DNA of 60,566 bases, filler included, from Basidiobolus ranarum (Eukaryota): the NCBI GenBank assembly GCA_040143965.1. It is 15 parts of 15 records of this genome, joined end to end, with 100 filler letters (N's around TTAATTAATTAA, not from the genome) between each part and the next. Parts side by side here need not be neighbours in the genome. Positions count along the whole stretch, not along the records: positions 24,329 to 28,277 come from JASJQH010009076.1; positions 28,378 to 32,322 come from JASJQH010009077.1; positions 32,423 to 36,365 come from JASJQH010009078.1; positions 36,466 to 40,404 come from JASJQH010009079.1; 11 more parts are not named here. One strand, 5' to 3'. The notes under the pieces are model-generated. The model made no database searches, was not told the DNA's origin, and saw only the letters and a list, made by a program, of their open reading frames with translations. The position numbers and the translations under genes were made by a program. Of the stretch, positions 24,584 through 37,689 are shown one piece after another (positions within the stretch are counted from its first letter, which is position 1; each line of letters starts with the position of its first letter).

Positions 24584-25220
24584 TTTGAGCCTCTGAATTT
24601 GACGTGTTACTAAGAACTTTTATGAAATCAATTTCCAGCTCAAAATTTCTTATCTACACGACTTGGAATGCAAATCGCGAGTGTGTCAATATTTAGCTTT
24701 GTAAAAATATGTATTGGTTGTAGTGTTCAGTTAATACAGAAAGTGAAAGTAATACGTTTGAGTGGAAAGTGCAGAACAAAACTTCAGAAAATATAATTGA
24801 TGTTATTTAATATTCAAGGTTTGGATATTTTCAAGATAGATCGAGCGTAAAATACTTGCTGACGCATTCGCCATTAAATATTCCATAATCATCATCAACT
24901 TGGGTTTCTACCACCGTTTATTTCTAAGCGAAAACAAAATAGTGGAGGGATCACTGTCACATTTGGAAATTTTGCTTATTTCTAATTAGCGAGTATTCCA
25001 GAACACAAAATTTGTATCTTGCGAAAAAAAATCCGATTGCGGTTTACGGAGACCATAAATGCGGTTTTCCCGATTATTAATGTCACTTTTATTTCACGAT
25101 TTCTCACAGCTTAGTAATTATCTCATTAATCTTAACTGCTGTATTTATACTTAATATAGATAAAAGAATGCATAACTATGAATGCTAGTCAATCTTGGTT
25201 TTCAAAAGAATTCACCAGTT

Positions 25221-26178
25221 TTATTCGTTCTTGAGATTTATCAAAGGATGAGAGGGAGGCTTCACACCTCTCATTAAAAGCCACTCCAAAACCTTGTGCT
25301 CCATTCTACGAAGCTATGAAAATGTCTTAATAAAGGAAATAATCAACAGACATTGATGGAGAGAGTTAACAAATACCTTAAGAGCGATAGGATTATCTCC
25401 TTTTTCAGTTACAATTTGCTTGGTAAATATGGTAAACATACCATTGAGATTGCCAAATAGTACATCAGTTAGTAAACGGTCACCGACAAATGCAATGGTT
25501 GAAGGATCAGTAGTTTTGCAGTATTTAAGTAAGGCTTCGCCGCCACCTGGTTTCTTTTCCTCTCTACGTAAAACCTTAACGCCTATTTTGACGATGGTAG
25601 GTAAGTAATGTTCTCTTGGAGAATTCAAAGCACTCTTGTACGATTCAAAGATGTTCATTACCTAAATTTTCCTCTATTGCTTTTGCCTTCAAACCAATAA
25701 AGTTAAGGTTAATAACAATTTGTGTTTTGAGGAGCACTAAACCAGGATACCTTATTATATTGATGATCGTCTGATGTTCCGGCTGAATTAGAAACTATTA
25801 CGATATTCGTACCAAACACTTTTTTGCATTCGTTCCAGCTATCCTATATTTCAGTGTATGAATAAGAATTTGGTATACAAACTCGAAGATATGGCCACAC
25901 TCTAGAGAACCGTACCTTAAAAGGAGGATGCAACTGATTGTCATAAGGAGCCGTTAAGCAATTATCTTTATCAAAAGCTATAGTTTGGATTCCTCCCTCT
26001 TTGAGCTTTTGATAGTTTATGTCACGAATATCTTTATATTGCGTTTACAATCAAGCTTTAAAAAAGTAAGAGTATATAGAAACTTACCTTTAACTACCGA
26101 GTGAGGCACGACCAGCCTAGGCCTGGTGAGTACTCTAAAAGCATATATTACACCCTGTAAGTTAAAGCTTTGCACCAT
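25221..26178 (-). CDS. GEP4: Mitochondrial phosphatidylglycerophosphatase (HAD, YqeG/Gep4 family), multi-exon
   Basis: Spliced protein MVQSFNLQGV...FDKDNCLTAPY...IVSNSAGT...KKPGG...FVGDRLLTDVLFGN; GT-AG introns. Confidence 0.92.
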
Positions 26179-26717
26179 AATGAATAGTGTTTCTATGAAG
26201 AGAGTAAGATTATATTTGACTATCGCTTGTTGGAATGTAGCATCTCAAGAGTTTTCATATAATCTATTCAAAAGCAATCAAGAAATGACTATTTTGGGGT
26301 ATTGTAGACTTCATTGTAATTGATCGAGGTGATTTGGTGTTAAACAATTTACCACATGGAGGTTCGGAGTGTTGTGACTGACTTGCATTTTTGTATACAT
26401 TTCTACTGTGGCGAACTTGCCTGAATAATGACAAAATCCAGACACAAAATTTTAACAATTTACACATTTATAACCTTATTGAGAACTTCAAAAATATATA
26501 TTATCAAACTAGCTCAACTCATAAAGCCCATTATAAGAAATGTTTAAGTCCAAATAAACTCACTATGTACTTTATTATCTCTAATTCTTTCTTGCCCTCT
26601 TATCAAGAAATGAAACTATTAGCTATTATCTATATGCTTGATAGCAGAGGTAAAATGCTCCACAACAAAGATAATAATTCATAGGATTTCAGATAAGCTA
26701 CTAGAGAGAGTTCTCTA

Positions 26718-26998
26718 TGTTAAAATTAACATGGCCTAAACACCTATATAGTCATATATAGCTTAGTATTTAGTTATTCCATATTTCACCAAGATATCAC
26801 CCACTATTCCCAATCGGAATTTATCTAGAAGTTCTCAGATGTATAGATTTTGATAACTTGCGCTAGAAGCCCCAAACTTTGCACACATGTTCTTGGGACC
26901 TTTCTTAATACATTCTACAGCTCCCAAAATACTTTAGCAGTTTCTGAGATCTTCCTTAACAGAATTCACATGGCAGTTTGCTTCCAAATACTTTAGCA
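26718..26998 (+). mobile_element. Copia family B solo LTR, internally deleted and with a duplicated 3' end
   Basis: TGTTAAAATTAAC...CACCTATATAGTCATATATAGC...CCAAATACTTTAGCA, homologous to 19775-20122. Confidence 0.88.
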
Positions 26999-27038
26999 CA
27001 TTTAAGTATGAGATTTGTATCTTACACAATGAATAGAG

Positions 27039-27388
27039 TGTTGAAGTATTTGGGAGCCTGTTGGAAGTGGTTTAGAGAATTAGAGAAATTGGTGGTTTTT
27101 CACTTATTGATATATTGAGTAGAAAGTTGATATTTATAGTTTTGTCAAGATGTAAACAAACTAACGTGTAGAATGTGTTAAGGAAGGTCCCAGGAACATG
27201 TGTGCAAAGTTTGGGGCTTCTAGCACAAGTTTGAAAAAATCTACATATCTGAGAACTTCTAAGTTGGTGTCAATATTCTAAGTAAATTCCGATTGAGAAT
27301 AATGGGTAATATCTTGTTGAAATATAAGATAACTAAGTACTAAGCTATATATGACTATATAGGTGTTTAGGCAATGCTAATTTCAACA
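27039..27388 (-). mobile_element. Copia family B complete solo LTR, inverted relative to its neighbour
   Basis: TGTTGAA...TTCAACA ends; reverse complement of 19775-20122. Confidence 0.93.
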
Positions 27389-27977
27389 AAATGGATATTA
27401 ACACTGTAATCTGTCAAGGAGTTTGATGTTACTAGTCTCATAGAGAGTTTTTTGTATTCACAGGAAGTAAGTTGTATGATCGTAATAAAGGGGAGCACAG
27501 TATAGTAGCTGACTACTAGTTTCCTTGGGTTGCTGTTACCCATTACATATATGTAATAACAATGTTTATGTCAGTAAGCCTTACCAAATGTTTATTACTA
27601 ACCTCAACAAAGATTTAAGAATAATGTCTACTGACTCCTATAAGAGGATTTTGGAAGTATTTGGTAATAACAAGCAAACATCCCTCTCATCAACAAAGGA
27701 TGTTTCTCCTTTTGCTAATACAATTCAAACATACTAAAGAGTGGCATTTCAACTCCATCTTTAGGCCATGTGAGAACTTGAGTTGATGATTAAGAGTGGA
27801 TTATTATTTGAGTGGGCTGGATGTTTCTTATCGTCTGTTGAAAAATGCCGAATGCTATTTTAATGCATTGCATTGGATATTTATATAGATACTTGATTCC
27901 GTTCGACAATAAATAGTAAACTATCTTTTGGTAACATTCTAAAAACAAATCTAGTCAAGAAGACTTGAGTTGGATTC

Positions 27978-28277
27978 TCAGCTTGCTTCAGAGGGCTCTT
28001 CAGGTGCAGCTTTTTCATAAAATACGAGGTACGCTTGACACTTAAGGACTTCTTCAAGGGAGGCAGGCCGGACTTGGGTATCGCTGCAGTAAACCCATCT
28101 TTTTTCGATTGTTTTGGTGTCCGTATTTTCTGGAGTTTCACCAGAATCTTTAGTAGATTCAGATACGGCAAGATCTTCATATCTATCAGTTATCACGTAA
28201 GCTACATAATGGCCTCCAGAAAGTCCGCCCATATGTACAACGACCGCGTATAGCTTATAAATAGCCTGAGGGTGGTT
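27978..28277 (-). CDS. 3' end of a ubiquitin-specific protease (USP, peptidase C19)
   Basis: His box YKLYAVVVHMGGLSGGHYVAYV...WVYCSDTQV...AYLVFYEK. Confidence 0.93.
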   Translation of the reverse strand, partial: NHPQAIYKLYAVVVHMGGLSGGHYVAYVITDRYEDLAVSESTKDSGETPENTDTKTIEKRWVYCSDTQVRPASLEEVLKCQAYLVFYEKAAPEEPSEAS

Positions 28278-28377
28278 NNNNNNNNNNNNNNNNNNNNNNN
28301 NNNNNNNNNNNNNNNNNNNNNTTAATTAATTAANNNNNNNNNNNNNNNNNNNNNNNNNNNNNNNNNNNNNNNNNNNN

Positions 28378-28487
28378 CAAGTCATGTAGATTTAGCCTTT
28401 ATAAGTGTAGAACATATAATGAGAGATGTAAACTTTGGTTGGCTAATTCGATATACACATGCAAATGTAGCTTCATTCTTCTTCATA
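28378..28487 (+). pseudogene. cob: Mitochondrial cytochrome b fragment (NUMT or chimeric contig end)
   Basis: The frame from 28380 reads [36 protein letters not shown], the conserved cytochrome b segment containing a heme-ligand His. Confidence 0.92.
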
Positions 28488-28968
28488 TCTAGCACCATTT
28501 GCATCTTGAACTTCCAAAGGTGAAAGTCTTCACCATCAAACTTCTCTGCGGATGCAAAAACGTTGGTAATAGTACTGGTAGACATTCCTTTAACAGCTAG
28601 CTTGGGGCTCATAACCTGATCAAAGTGTTTAGGGGATTTGGAAGTGTTTTGTACAAGATTTGGATTTGTGAATTAGACACTTAAGTTTTATTGAATTGAA
28701 TATGTCCTATTTATAGTTTACTATGAAATAGGACTATTGGACGTGCTTAGATCATAACAAACATGCCTGTTAAGCATGGGTGAAAATTTGAGGTGATTTG
28801 GAGAAGTTTTGAGAAAATAGTGAAAATTGGTAAAAGTGATCTAATTGATATTTCTATCAATTAGAGCAATAAACACATGTTTTTGAATGACAGAATTGAC
28901 TACTGAATAATCTGAATATGAATACACTAACTACTAAATAATGAGTTGCTATTTACCTATTTTCAGCA
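28488..28968 (-). mobile_element. Copia family A 5' end: LTR 28617-28968, PBS 28605-28616, gag start
   Basis: LTR TGCTGAAA...TTGATCA, then GGTTATGAGCCC, then [23 protein letters not shown]. Confidence 0.93.
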
Positions 28969-31433
28969 TTTTCTTCACTTCAAGACAATAAAACATGGGT
29001 TTTACGTCCTCTTCCATCAGCAAGAAAGCCAATAGGTTGAAATAGGATCATAAGCCAGGAAACAGGTGGAACACATCTAATGAGGATGTATATGCTTATA
29101 CAGCATTCGGTTACAAGCCACAGACTCTAGATAAAGCTCAGTAATGTCCAGGATTAAAATTGAAGGAAAAAGCAATGCCTGATGAGTTTTTCACTTCAGG
29201 ACAATAAAACATGGGTTTAATTCCTCTGCCATCAGAGAGAAAGCCAATAAGTTGCAAATGGGTCTGAAAAGTCAAAACTGAGAGGATGGAACTATGGAAA
29301 GGTATAAAGCAAAATTAGTTGCAAAAGGTTATTCCCAGACTCCAGGAGTTGATTAATAAACTTTTGCTCCTGAAGCTACATTTAGCTCTATCAGATTAAT
29401 CCTGACACTCTAAGCCATCCATAAACTTATTTTAGATCAAATGGATGTCAAATCAGCCTTTCTGAATGGAAATCTAGAAGAGATCTATACAGAGCAACCA
29501 GATGAGTTTGTTGGCCCAAAACACCCTGACATGGTCTGTAAACTGCAAAAACTGCTCTATGGACTCAAGCAAGCACCCAGGGCATGGTTCAACAAGTCAG
29601 CTATCTATTTGAATTCACTAGAATTCCAACAAGGCACAGCAGATCACAGTATACACATCCAAACAACCAGAAATAGGATCCTTCTCTTTGCACTATATGT
29701 GGATAACTTAATTTTGGCCACAAGTGATCTAGAAGCACTTAATCAGACAAAAAGCATTTTATCAAACCAATTTCAGATGACTGATATGGATGTTTTAGTT
29801 ATTTTCTTGGAATCCAAATTAAGAGAGATACACCGAATAAGAGAATCATGCTGAATTAGCATAGTTACCTCCTAGAGATCTAAAACACTTAAACATGGAG
29901 AATAGCAAGGCTGTATCAACATCAATGGATCCCAATGTGAAATGAATCAAAATTTCTTCCAGTTTGGCCTAATAAGACGTATATCAAATCCAGGAGTTTC
30001 CTTATCAATCCATAGTAGGTAGTTCAATGTATACAATGATTGTAACATGTCCAGACATGGCTGTGGCAGTAGGAACTATCAGCCAATGTCTCAAAAATCC
30101 AGGATCTGAGCACATAATTACAGTAAAACAAATTTACTGGTATTTGAGAGGAAGAGTAGATCAAGGTCTGGAATACTCTGCCACTCCTGATGCACAAAAT
30201 TTTGAAGGCTCCAGTAATGCAGACTGGGTAAGAAACCTTATGACAGAAGCTCAACAACTGGGTGCACTTTTCTCCAAGATAATGGAGTCATAACTAAGAA
30301 TAATAAGAAGCAACCAACCATACCACTTTCCACTACAGAAGCAGAGTATATGGCTACCTCTGCTACTACACAAGAAGCTATGTGATTAAGGAAGTAATTT
30401 ACCGACTTAGGACATGTGCAAAAACATTCTATTACTGTATTTGAAGATATTCAAAGTTGTGTTTCATTAGCTGAAACCCAACATTTCTTGCCAGAATAAA
30501 ACATATAGATATTAGGCATCATTTTGTTAGAGAAGCAATTTAACATGAAATAATTGAACTTATCTATTGCCCTACTGAAGAAATGATGGATGACATTTTA
30601 ACCAAACCTTTAGCTAAAGCACAATTAGATTTATTAAGATATAAGTTAGGTTTGAGAAATATATAAAATAACTTGTTGAGTGGAACTGCTGAAATTGGGT
30701 AATTAACTGTTCATTATTTGGTAGTTAGTTTATTCATATTCTGATTGTTTAGCACTGAATTATCCCATTCAAAAATGTGTGTTTATTGCTCTAATTAACG
30801 GAAATATCAATTAAATTGGTTTTACATAATTTCACTATTTTCTCAAAACTTCTCCAGGTCATCTCAAATTTCACCTATGCCTAACAGGTAAGTTTGTTAT
30901 GATCCAGAAGTCCTATTTCATAGTAAACTAAGCAATTTAACATGATATAATTAACTTGTCTATCGCCATACTGAAGAAATGATAGCTGATATCTTAACCA
31001 AACCTTTAGATAAAGCACAATTTGAATTATTCAGATATAAGTTAGGTGTAAGAGAATTACGAAATAAATAGTTGAGTGGGAATGTTGAAATTAGGTAAGT
31101 TGCTACTCATTATGTAGTAGCTAGTTTGTTCATTTTCTGATTATTTAGTATTCAATTCTGTCATTCAAAACATATGCTTACTGCTATAATCAATAGAAAT
31201 ATAAAGCAGATCACTTTTACCAATTTTCACTATTTTCACAAATCTTCAACAAATAATCTCAAATTTTCAGCAATGCTTAACAGGCATATGTGTTATGATC
31301 TAAGCACATCCAACAATCCTATCTCATAGTAAATGTTAAATAGGACTTATTCAATTCAATAAGACTCAAGTGTCTAATTCACAAATCCAAACCTTGTCTA
31401 ATATACTTCCAAATTAACTAAACACTTTTATCA
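28969..31433 (+). mobile_element. Degenerate copia family A RT-RNase H with a duplicated 3' end: partial LTR (30687 to about 30930), then a second RNase H tail, PPT and full LTR (31083-31433)
   Basis: QMDVKSAFLNG, LYGLKQAPRAW, LYVDNL, STTEAEY and KHIDIRHHFVRE motifs. Confidence 0.93.
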
Positions 31434-31620
31434 GATACCAGTAATCATGTTAAATCTGACCAGGTACTTGATGGTAAAAACAATGCAGTTTAGTTTTGTA
31501 TTTGGATAGTAGTAGTGCACATGCATGATGGAGTAGACCTCAATGATCTGTCAACATCTACAGCAAGATAGTGCATTGTGCCCACAAAAGCCTCTAAATT
31601 TACTAATGGCAGGAGTTCTT
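31434..31620 (-). mobile_element. CACTA/EnSpm transposase fragment
   Basis: PAISKFRGFCGHNALSCC on the minus strand; homologous to 56310-56370. Confidence 0.7.
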
Positions 31621-32115
31621 TAATGTATATAATAGATTTGTTCCATCAGACCAGGTCCGATTGTGCCACTCAATCCAGCCTGCTAGTGCTCCATCTAGCA
31701 TGATCTGGCAATTACCGTGGCTAGGTCCTATAACACTCAATCAGACACTATAAGGAACAATATGGCACTATCTCACCACAATTGGATGTGATGATTTTTT
31801 TGGAGATATTGTTCCAGCCCATACCAAGTTACCTGATTTAGCATTGCCAAATTAAGATTTTTGGCAACTGACAAAGCAAGTTCATCCCCTAGTTTATAAC
31901 TTGCCAATAATTGAATGTGCTTCAATAAACAATTTATACTGTAACATACCCAATCAAGTGTAGAGCCAAGACATTCACATGTTTTTAGGCCAATCATTTG
32001 TCCCTCACTAACACAGTAACCTGTTTTTCAATTGGGTCCTATGGCTCCTGCACTACAAAATACCAGTATTTTGGCACACTAGTGACAAATCACAGCACTT
32101 GATGATGGATCAATC

Positions 32116-32322
32116 TGTTGAAATTAGGTAAATAGCAACTCATTATTTAATAGTTAGTTTATTCATATTCTGATTATTTAGAACTCAATTCAGTCATTCT
32201 AAAATGTGTGCTTATTGCTCTAATTAATAGAAATATCAATTAGATCACTTTTACCAATTTTCACTATTTTCTCAAAACTTCTCCAAATCACCTCAAATTT
32301 TCACCCATGCTTAACAGGCATG
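32116..32322 (+). mobile_element. Copia family A LTR, partial (runs off contig)
   Basis: TGTTGAAATTAGGTAAATAGC... matches 31083 onward. Confidence 0.9.
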
Positions 32323-32499
32323 NNNNNNNNNNNNNNNNNNNNNNNNNNNNNNNNNNNNNNNNNNNNTTAATTAATTAANNNNNNNNNNNNNNNNNNNNNN
32401 NNNNNNNNNNNNNNNNNNNNNNGGGATGTTAGTTAATGGGTTAAGTTTTGATATTGGGTTTAAACTTTTAAAAAATAATTTCGTAAGATATGATTTAGG

Positions 32500-35400
32500 A
32501 CTTGATTATAATTCAAAAGCGAGGTGAATCTGTGGAGTGGATAAACTATATACTTAGTGTTCTTTGGCGTAGCTTAGAATCTAGTCTCTTCTCTGCTTTA
32601 ATAGATATGCTGGAAGATACAATGGCTGAGCAACTGAAAGACTTGGTGGTAAGCTTTCATATTTGTTTTTGTTGGCTAAATATGTCAAGAGCTGACTAAT
32701 CACTACGAAGAAACAAGTGAAAATAGTTGAATTTGATGTTGGAATCCAAGCTCCACGTCTTTCCAAGTAAGTTCGCAAGTTCAATCGTTTGGTAGATCAA
32801 CTCACTGATTGTAATCTTCCAGCATCAAGATAATTTCCTCAGAAACCGAAGGATCAGAGGATATGGTGGTAAGTTTGATTCCGCAAGTATTGAATCGTAC
32901 CTCTTAAGGGTTGAACTAAGATAGGTTTAGTATGGAGAGGCTACATTTAGTTTTCATGCTTTTCCAATGGACACAGATATTCTAGGTATACCCGAGGATA
33001 GGGCTACCCCTCCTCATTTTATTTTGCAGCTACATACTGGAATTGATGTCATTATCCCAGTAAGAGCTGAGCTGTTAAGATGCGATGGCAGAGTAGGTTG
33101 GAATTTTTGAATTTTTCTAGTTCAAGGAGTTAACTTTGAGATTTTTAGGTAAAATTTGATATTCGTACCATGTCTGGCCCGCCTTTCCTACAGGTAGGGA
33201 TGTTTGCATTTTCAAGCATCCCTAATATTGAATGTGCCGTTTGTCCTTTAGTCCAACAATTCAATTTAATGAAGGTATATAGTTATCTTAGATATACTTC
33301 CAGATCTACTTAATCAATTCGTTTCAAGGTACCAATTCTTAATGGATACATTGATGACGCTATTAAGGCTGCCCTGTTTGAGATGACACAACCAAAATCT
33401 CTAACTCTAGATCTCGAGAGCTTCCTAACCGGAGTAGATGTCGTTCACGGTTGGAGTCATATATGAAATATATATATACATAATGTATCCACTTCTAATA
33501 CAACAACTGTACACAGATATCAGATCTATTGGTGTAATTAAGGTAGATATTTACGAAGGAGCGAACTTATCTAACGTTGACCTTGGGGGTATTTATTCCT
33601 ACTTATGACACATATTTCTGGATAGCTAAACTCATTCGTTTGTGGAATAGACCTGGATAAAATTTTCTTGACTTTATCAATGGTGAATGATTCGAAAAGC
33701 TCAATACAGCATACTCGAGTTCTATCCGATAACATTAATCCAGTGTGGAATGAAACCCTGTTACTGTTGATCACAGAAGATGACGTTGAAAATGAGAATG
33801 AGCTTCAAATATCAGTTCGCGATCAATCTAAAATCGGAGTAGTCAACAAAACGATAGGAACCATTCGGAAAAACGTTTGCAAAATTATCAATCCGGATTT
33901 GTTTGAGGAGCAGCTTGTTTTTGATGGGTATTTGACTAGATTTTGTAGGCGTAACATTTACTCCGTTATTAATTAATTTTTCTAGTTGGGAATATTTTAA
34001 TGAGAAGGCTCAGGTTATAGGGGAAGGTGAACCAGCAGGGAAGGTGCCAATCCATCTGCCGAAAATTCGTTATCATATGACTTTTCATCCTAAATATCCC
34101 CGAGAAAAACTTACTGATATGGATGATACTACGTCAAGTGATGATGCTACATGCGATGACACTACTAAGTTTGAGTATCAAGAAACGGTGCAGAATAATT
34201 CTCAAGCGCTTCCCGGCTTTATGGAGAGCAATCAAGCAATTCCTGATAAACCTCTAAGAGACGCGGTGGGTTCGAAAGAATTTCTCAACGCAGCGGATAA
34301 TCTATCCAATCTTCAAAAGACAAAGCCAACCCCCTTACAAAGTAATATTGCGCCAAGAGATAGAACTAACGATACAAGCTGGGTTTCTCACAGTCCTGTC
34401 GAGCCGTTGGACGAGGATCATAGCTTTACCGCCATAAACTCCAAACCTGGCAAATTCGACCATACACGTAGGTTTTTATAGAGTTTGGGTATTGAATTTG
34501 TATGTACTTACATTTCATTGTTGAGTCAGCTGGTATTCTATGTATACAGGTTCATCAAGCTATTGATGTTGAGATCTCCGATCCATCTTTTACGGATCAA
34601 GAGCATCCATACGACCACACTTTACCCCCTAACCTATACGCCAACATTTTCATCAACGATACGAAAGTTTACAGAACTAGCACTAAAATCCATAGTACGG
34701 CACCGGTAAAAGCAAGCTATAACATCATATAAATTGTGGCAATACTAAAATTCCCACCTGTTCGTAGTTCTGGAATGTATCTACTGAACAATTTATCAAC
34801 GATTTTGATAATGGAACAGTACGTGTTACCATCAAAGATGAAAAGCATATGGAGCATGATCCAGTCCTTGGTATGGTGCTAGTAAGATTAAAGGATGTTA
34901 CCCGAAAGTCCTCTATGGTAAATATTCCAAAATTTCATGATATCCATTACATCATTATTCAAGAAATACTCATCATCTAAATCGAAAAATTTAGCAAAGA
35001 AAACGACATACGCAATGGTTCCCTCTGCAAGGAGGAATTGGGTTTGGCAAAGTTCGATTAGGCTTTCTATTTAAGCCTGTGTTACTGACTCTCCCAAAAG
35101 AACTATGCGGGTTCGGTAAATCTGAAATTTATACAATCAGTTTATATTTCTATACAAATTAACCTTTGAAAAATATCTTACTATCATTAGAGGTTGGTAC
35201 GCTAGAGATTCGTAGTATTAAGGTTTACAATTTAAAGGAGCCGTTTACCAATCATAAATTGCACAAAATTTCCTGCGATTTAAAACTAAATCTTGCTCCA
35301 ACATGTGACCAGAAAATTCACGAACCGACTTCTACCAGGGATAACACTATACTATATTCAAATCTTTCATTAAGATTTCCAATACATCATCGTTATCAGA

Positions 35401-35909
35401 GCGCACTTTTAGTACGATTCGATAAACGTACCTTTACACTATCGAATATTTTCTGTTCTACCAAGATATGGTTAAGACAGTTGGTTGATTCGGAATGGGC
35501 TAGCTTACAAGTCCCCATAACGGATTTCAAAGATAAGCAAGAAGGTATGAATCTACATCTAAACGAGAACCTGAACGAGGATGAAATATTCGGCTATACT
35601 ACCATTGAAATGAGGTTTATTCCCGGTCTCTCAACTGCACATGAACAGAGACCAGATTTTAAATCGGACTGGTTAGGAGTAAATCAATTAGATTATCCCC
35701 AAATCTCACATGACGAAGAATCTTTGGAGGATTCCGAATCCGAAGGAAATCAATTAAGTGAAGCACTCTCCAAAAAAGGGAATTCTCAAAATATTACCAA
35801 CTCGAAGATCATTCGTAAAATCCAATGGGGTAAAGATAAGATTGAAGAGAAATTATCGAGCATTTTACAAGATCATGAAGAGAAGAAGTGTTCGGTAGAG
35901 AATGAATGA
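32500..35909 (+). CDS. SMP + multiple C2 domain membrane-contact protein (Mug190/tricalbin-like), multi-exon, 5' end off-contig
   Basis: ESVEWINYILSVLW...IDMLEDTM (SMP start); C2 motifs TRVLSDNINPVWNE and PNLYANIFIND..VYRT; FPLQGGIGFGKVR; many GT-AG introns; last exon ends at 35909. Confidence 0.88.
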
Positions 35910-36101
35910 GAGCTATGGTTTATTATTACGAAATAAAATAGGGTTCTTGACAAAATTTGGATACTAATCTATCCATAGTATCTTGTAAAAGGAGGGAGAT
36001 TCGACAAAACTTCTTTTTGAAATATCCATTAAATGATTTGGTATTAGCAAACATGATTATATATATGTATATGAAATATCTTAGCGATAGAAGGCAACTG
36101 A

Positions 36102-36365
36102 TTAATTCCCATCCCAAATGCTGTTATGAACTCGTTCCCATTGCTGTTTGGCAACTGTCCGTAAATCTCTCTCACTTTCTGGCCCCGTACTACGAACCAT
36201 ATCTGACAACCAGCCCTTCTCATTCTGCAACAGGACCCAAGGCTCATCAAATTCCATCACTTCACCTTGATCTAGAACCAAGATTCGATCGTAATCTCCA
36301 ATGATGGATATTTATAGTGGCTTTTAATTTAAAGTTCTTATCTAGAGCCTTAATCAAAAGATCTA
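36102..36365 (-). CDS. 3' end of an ABCC/MRP-type ABC transporter, possibly damaged
   Basis: DYDRILVLDQGEVMEFDEPWVLLQNEKGWLSDMV...* is the typical NBD2 tail. Confidence 0.82.
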
Positions 36366-36465
36366 NNNNNNNNNNNNNNNNNNNNNNNNNNNNNNNNNNN
36401 NNNNNNNNNTTAATTAATTAANNNNNNNNNNNNNNNNNNNNNNNNNNNNNNNNNNNNNNNNNNNN

Positions 36466-36671
36466 ATGCCTGTTAAGCATGGGTGAAAATTTGAGGTGAT
36501 TTGGAGAAGTTTTGAGAAAATAGTGAAAATTGGTAAAAGTGATCTAATTGATATTTCTATCAATTAGAGCAATAAATACATGTTTTTGAATGATAGAATT
36601 AAGTACTAAATAATCTGAATATGAATAAACTAACTACTAAATAATGAGTTGCTATTTATCTAATTTCAACA
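36466..36671 (-). mobile_element. Copia family A LTR, partial
   Basis: Near-identical to about 28763-28968; ends in TTTCAACA. Confidence 0.9.
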
Positions 36672-37689
36672 GTGTTGTAACTGATCTTCCCTGGTTGTAA
36701 CAATGCCGTAAAAACTTTCAATGGAGGAGAATTTAATAGTATGCAAATTAGGCATTATTATGTTCTTGGTCTTGACAGCATTTCTGTTACATTGTTCTCA
36801 ACTATTGATTTAAAACATAATTTGGGTATGGTAATCTCCTCACTTGCACTATTGCTGGACAGGAACACAGAATGTATTAATGCTTTATCATTACTTAAGT
36901 TAGTTTCTGGCATGTGAATGCCTTCCAAAGTGGATAGTGGATCACAAGACTATTCATAATTTTATAGTCCTCTGTTCTTGCTGGTTTCTTGCCATTCCTG
37001 CCCACAGGCATTTGCTTGAAAGCCAATTTTGATTTAGATTCTTCAATTCTTTTTCAATGCCATTGAAATAATCAAATAGTAAACCTAGTCCTATGAAGCT
37101 GCTGACAAATGACCTTTAATGAACCAAAATGACCTTCCATTAATACAAGTATCTTGTAAATTCTCTATTGACTCATTTGTTACACTGTCTCAGAATCAGC
37201 TGATGATATTTATGGGATATATCTAAGATACCACCCTCATGTAGTGGGTATTCTATTTCTACAATATCATTATCTTGCCACAGCACAAATATTTAAAGAA
37301 GTCCACTAATTATTGTCACAAATTCTTATGTTATTCAAGTCACAGGAATCAAAGAAAAGTAATCACAAGCACCATCACTGTACAAAGTCATCAGCTGCAC
37401 AAAGGCCAGTAAGCATCAATAGTGACAAGTGCACAGAATTGACTTTAGATTTGCCTGCTGAGTCTATTGGCTGTGCTTAACAACCCAGCTTAGGTAACAT
37501 CACAGAGAGTCAAGATAACATGCAGTTATCACAGTTATATGAACAGAATGGTATAAGTAGAAGTGCAAGTTTATTCAAACCATTATGTCTAGATAACTTT
37601 GAGGACATGCCACTGGATGATGAAATTGGTAATTCTTACTACTGGTAGTACAACAAAAGATGAAGAAGAAGCTTGATGGAACTCACCAC

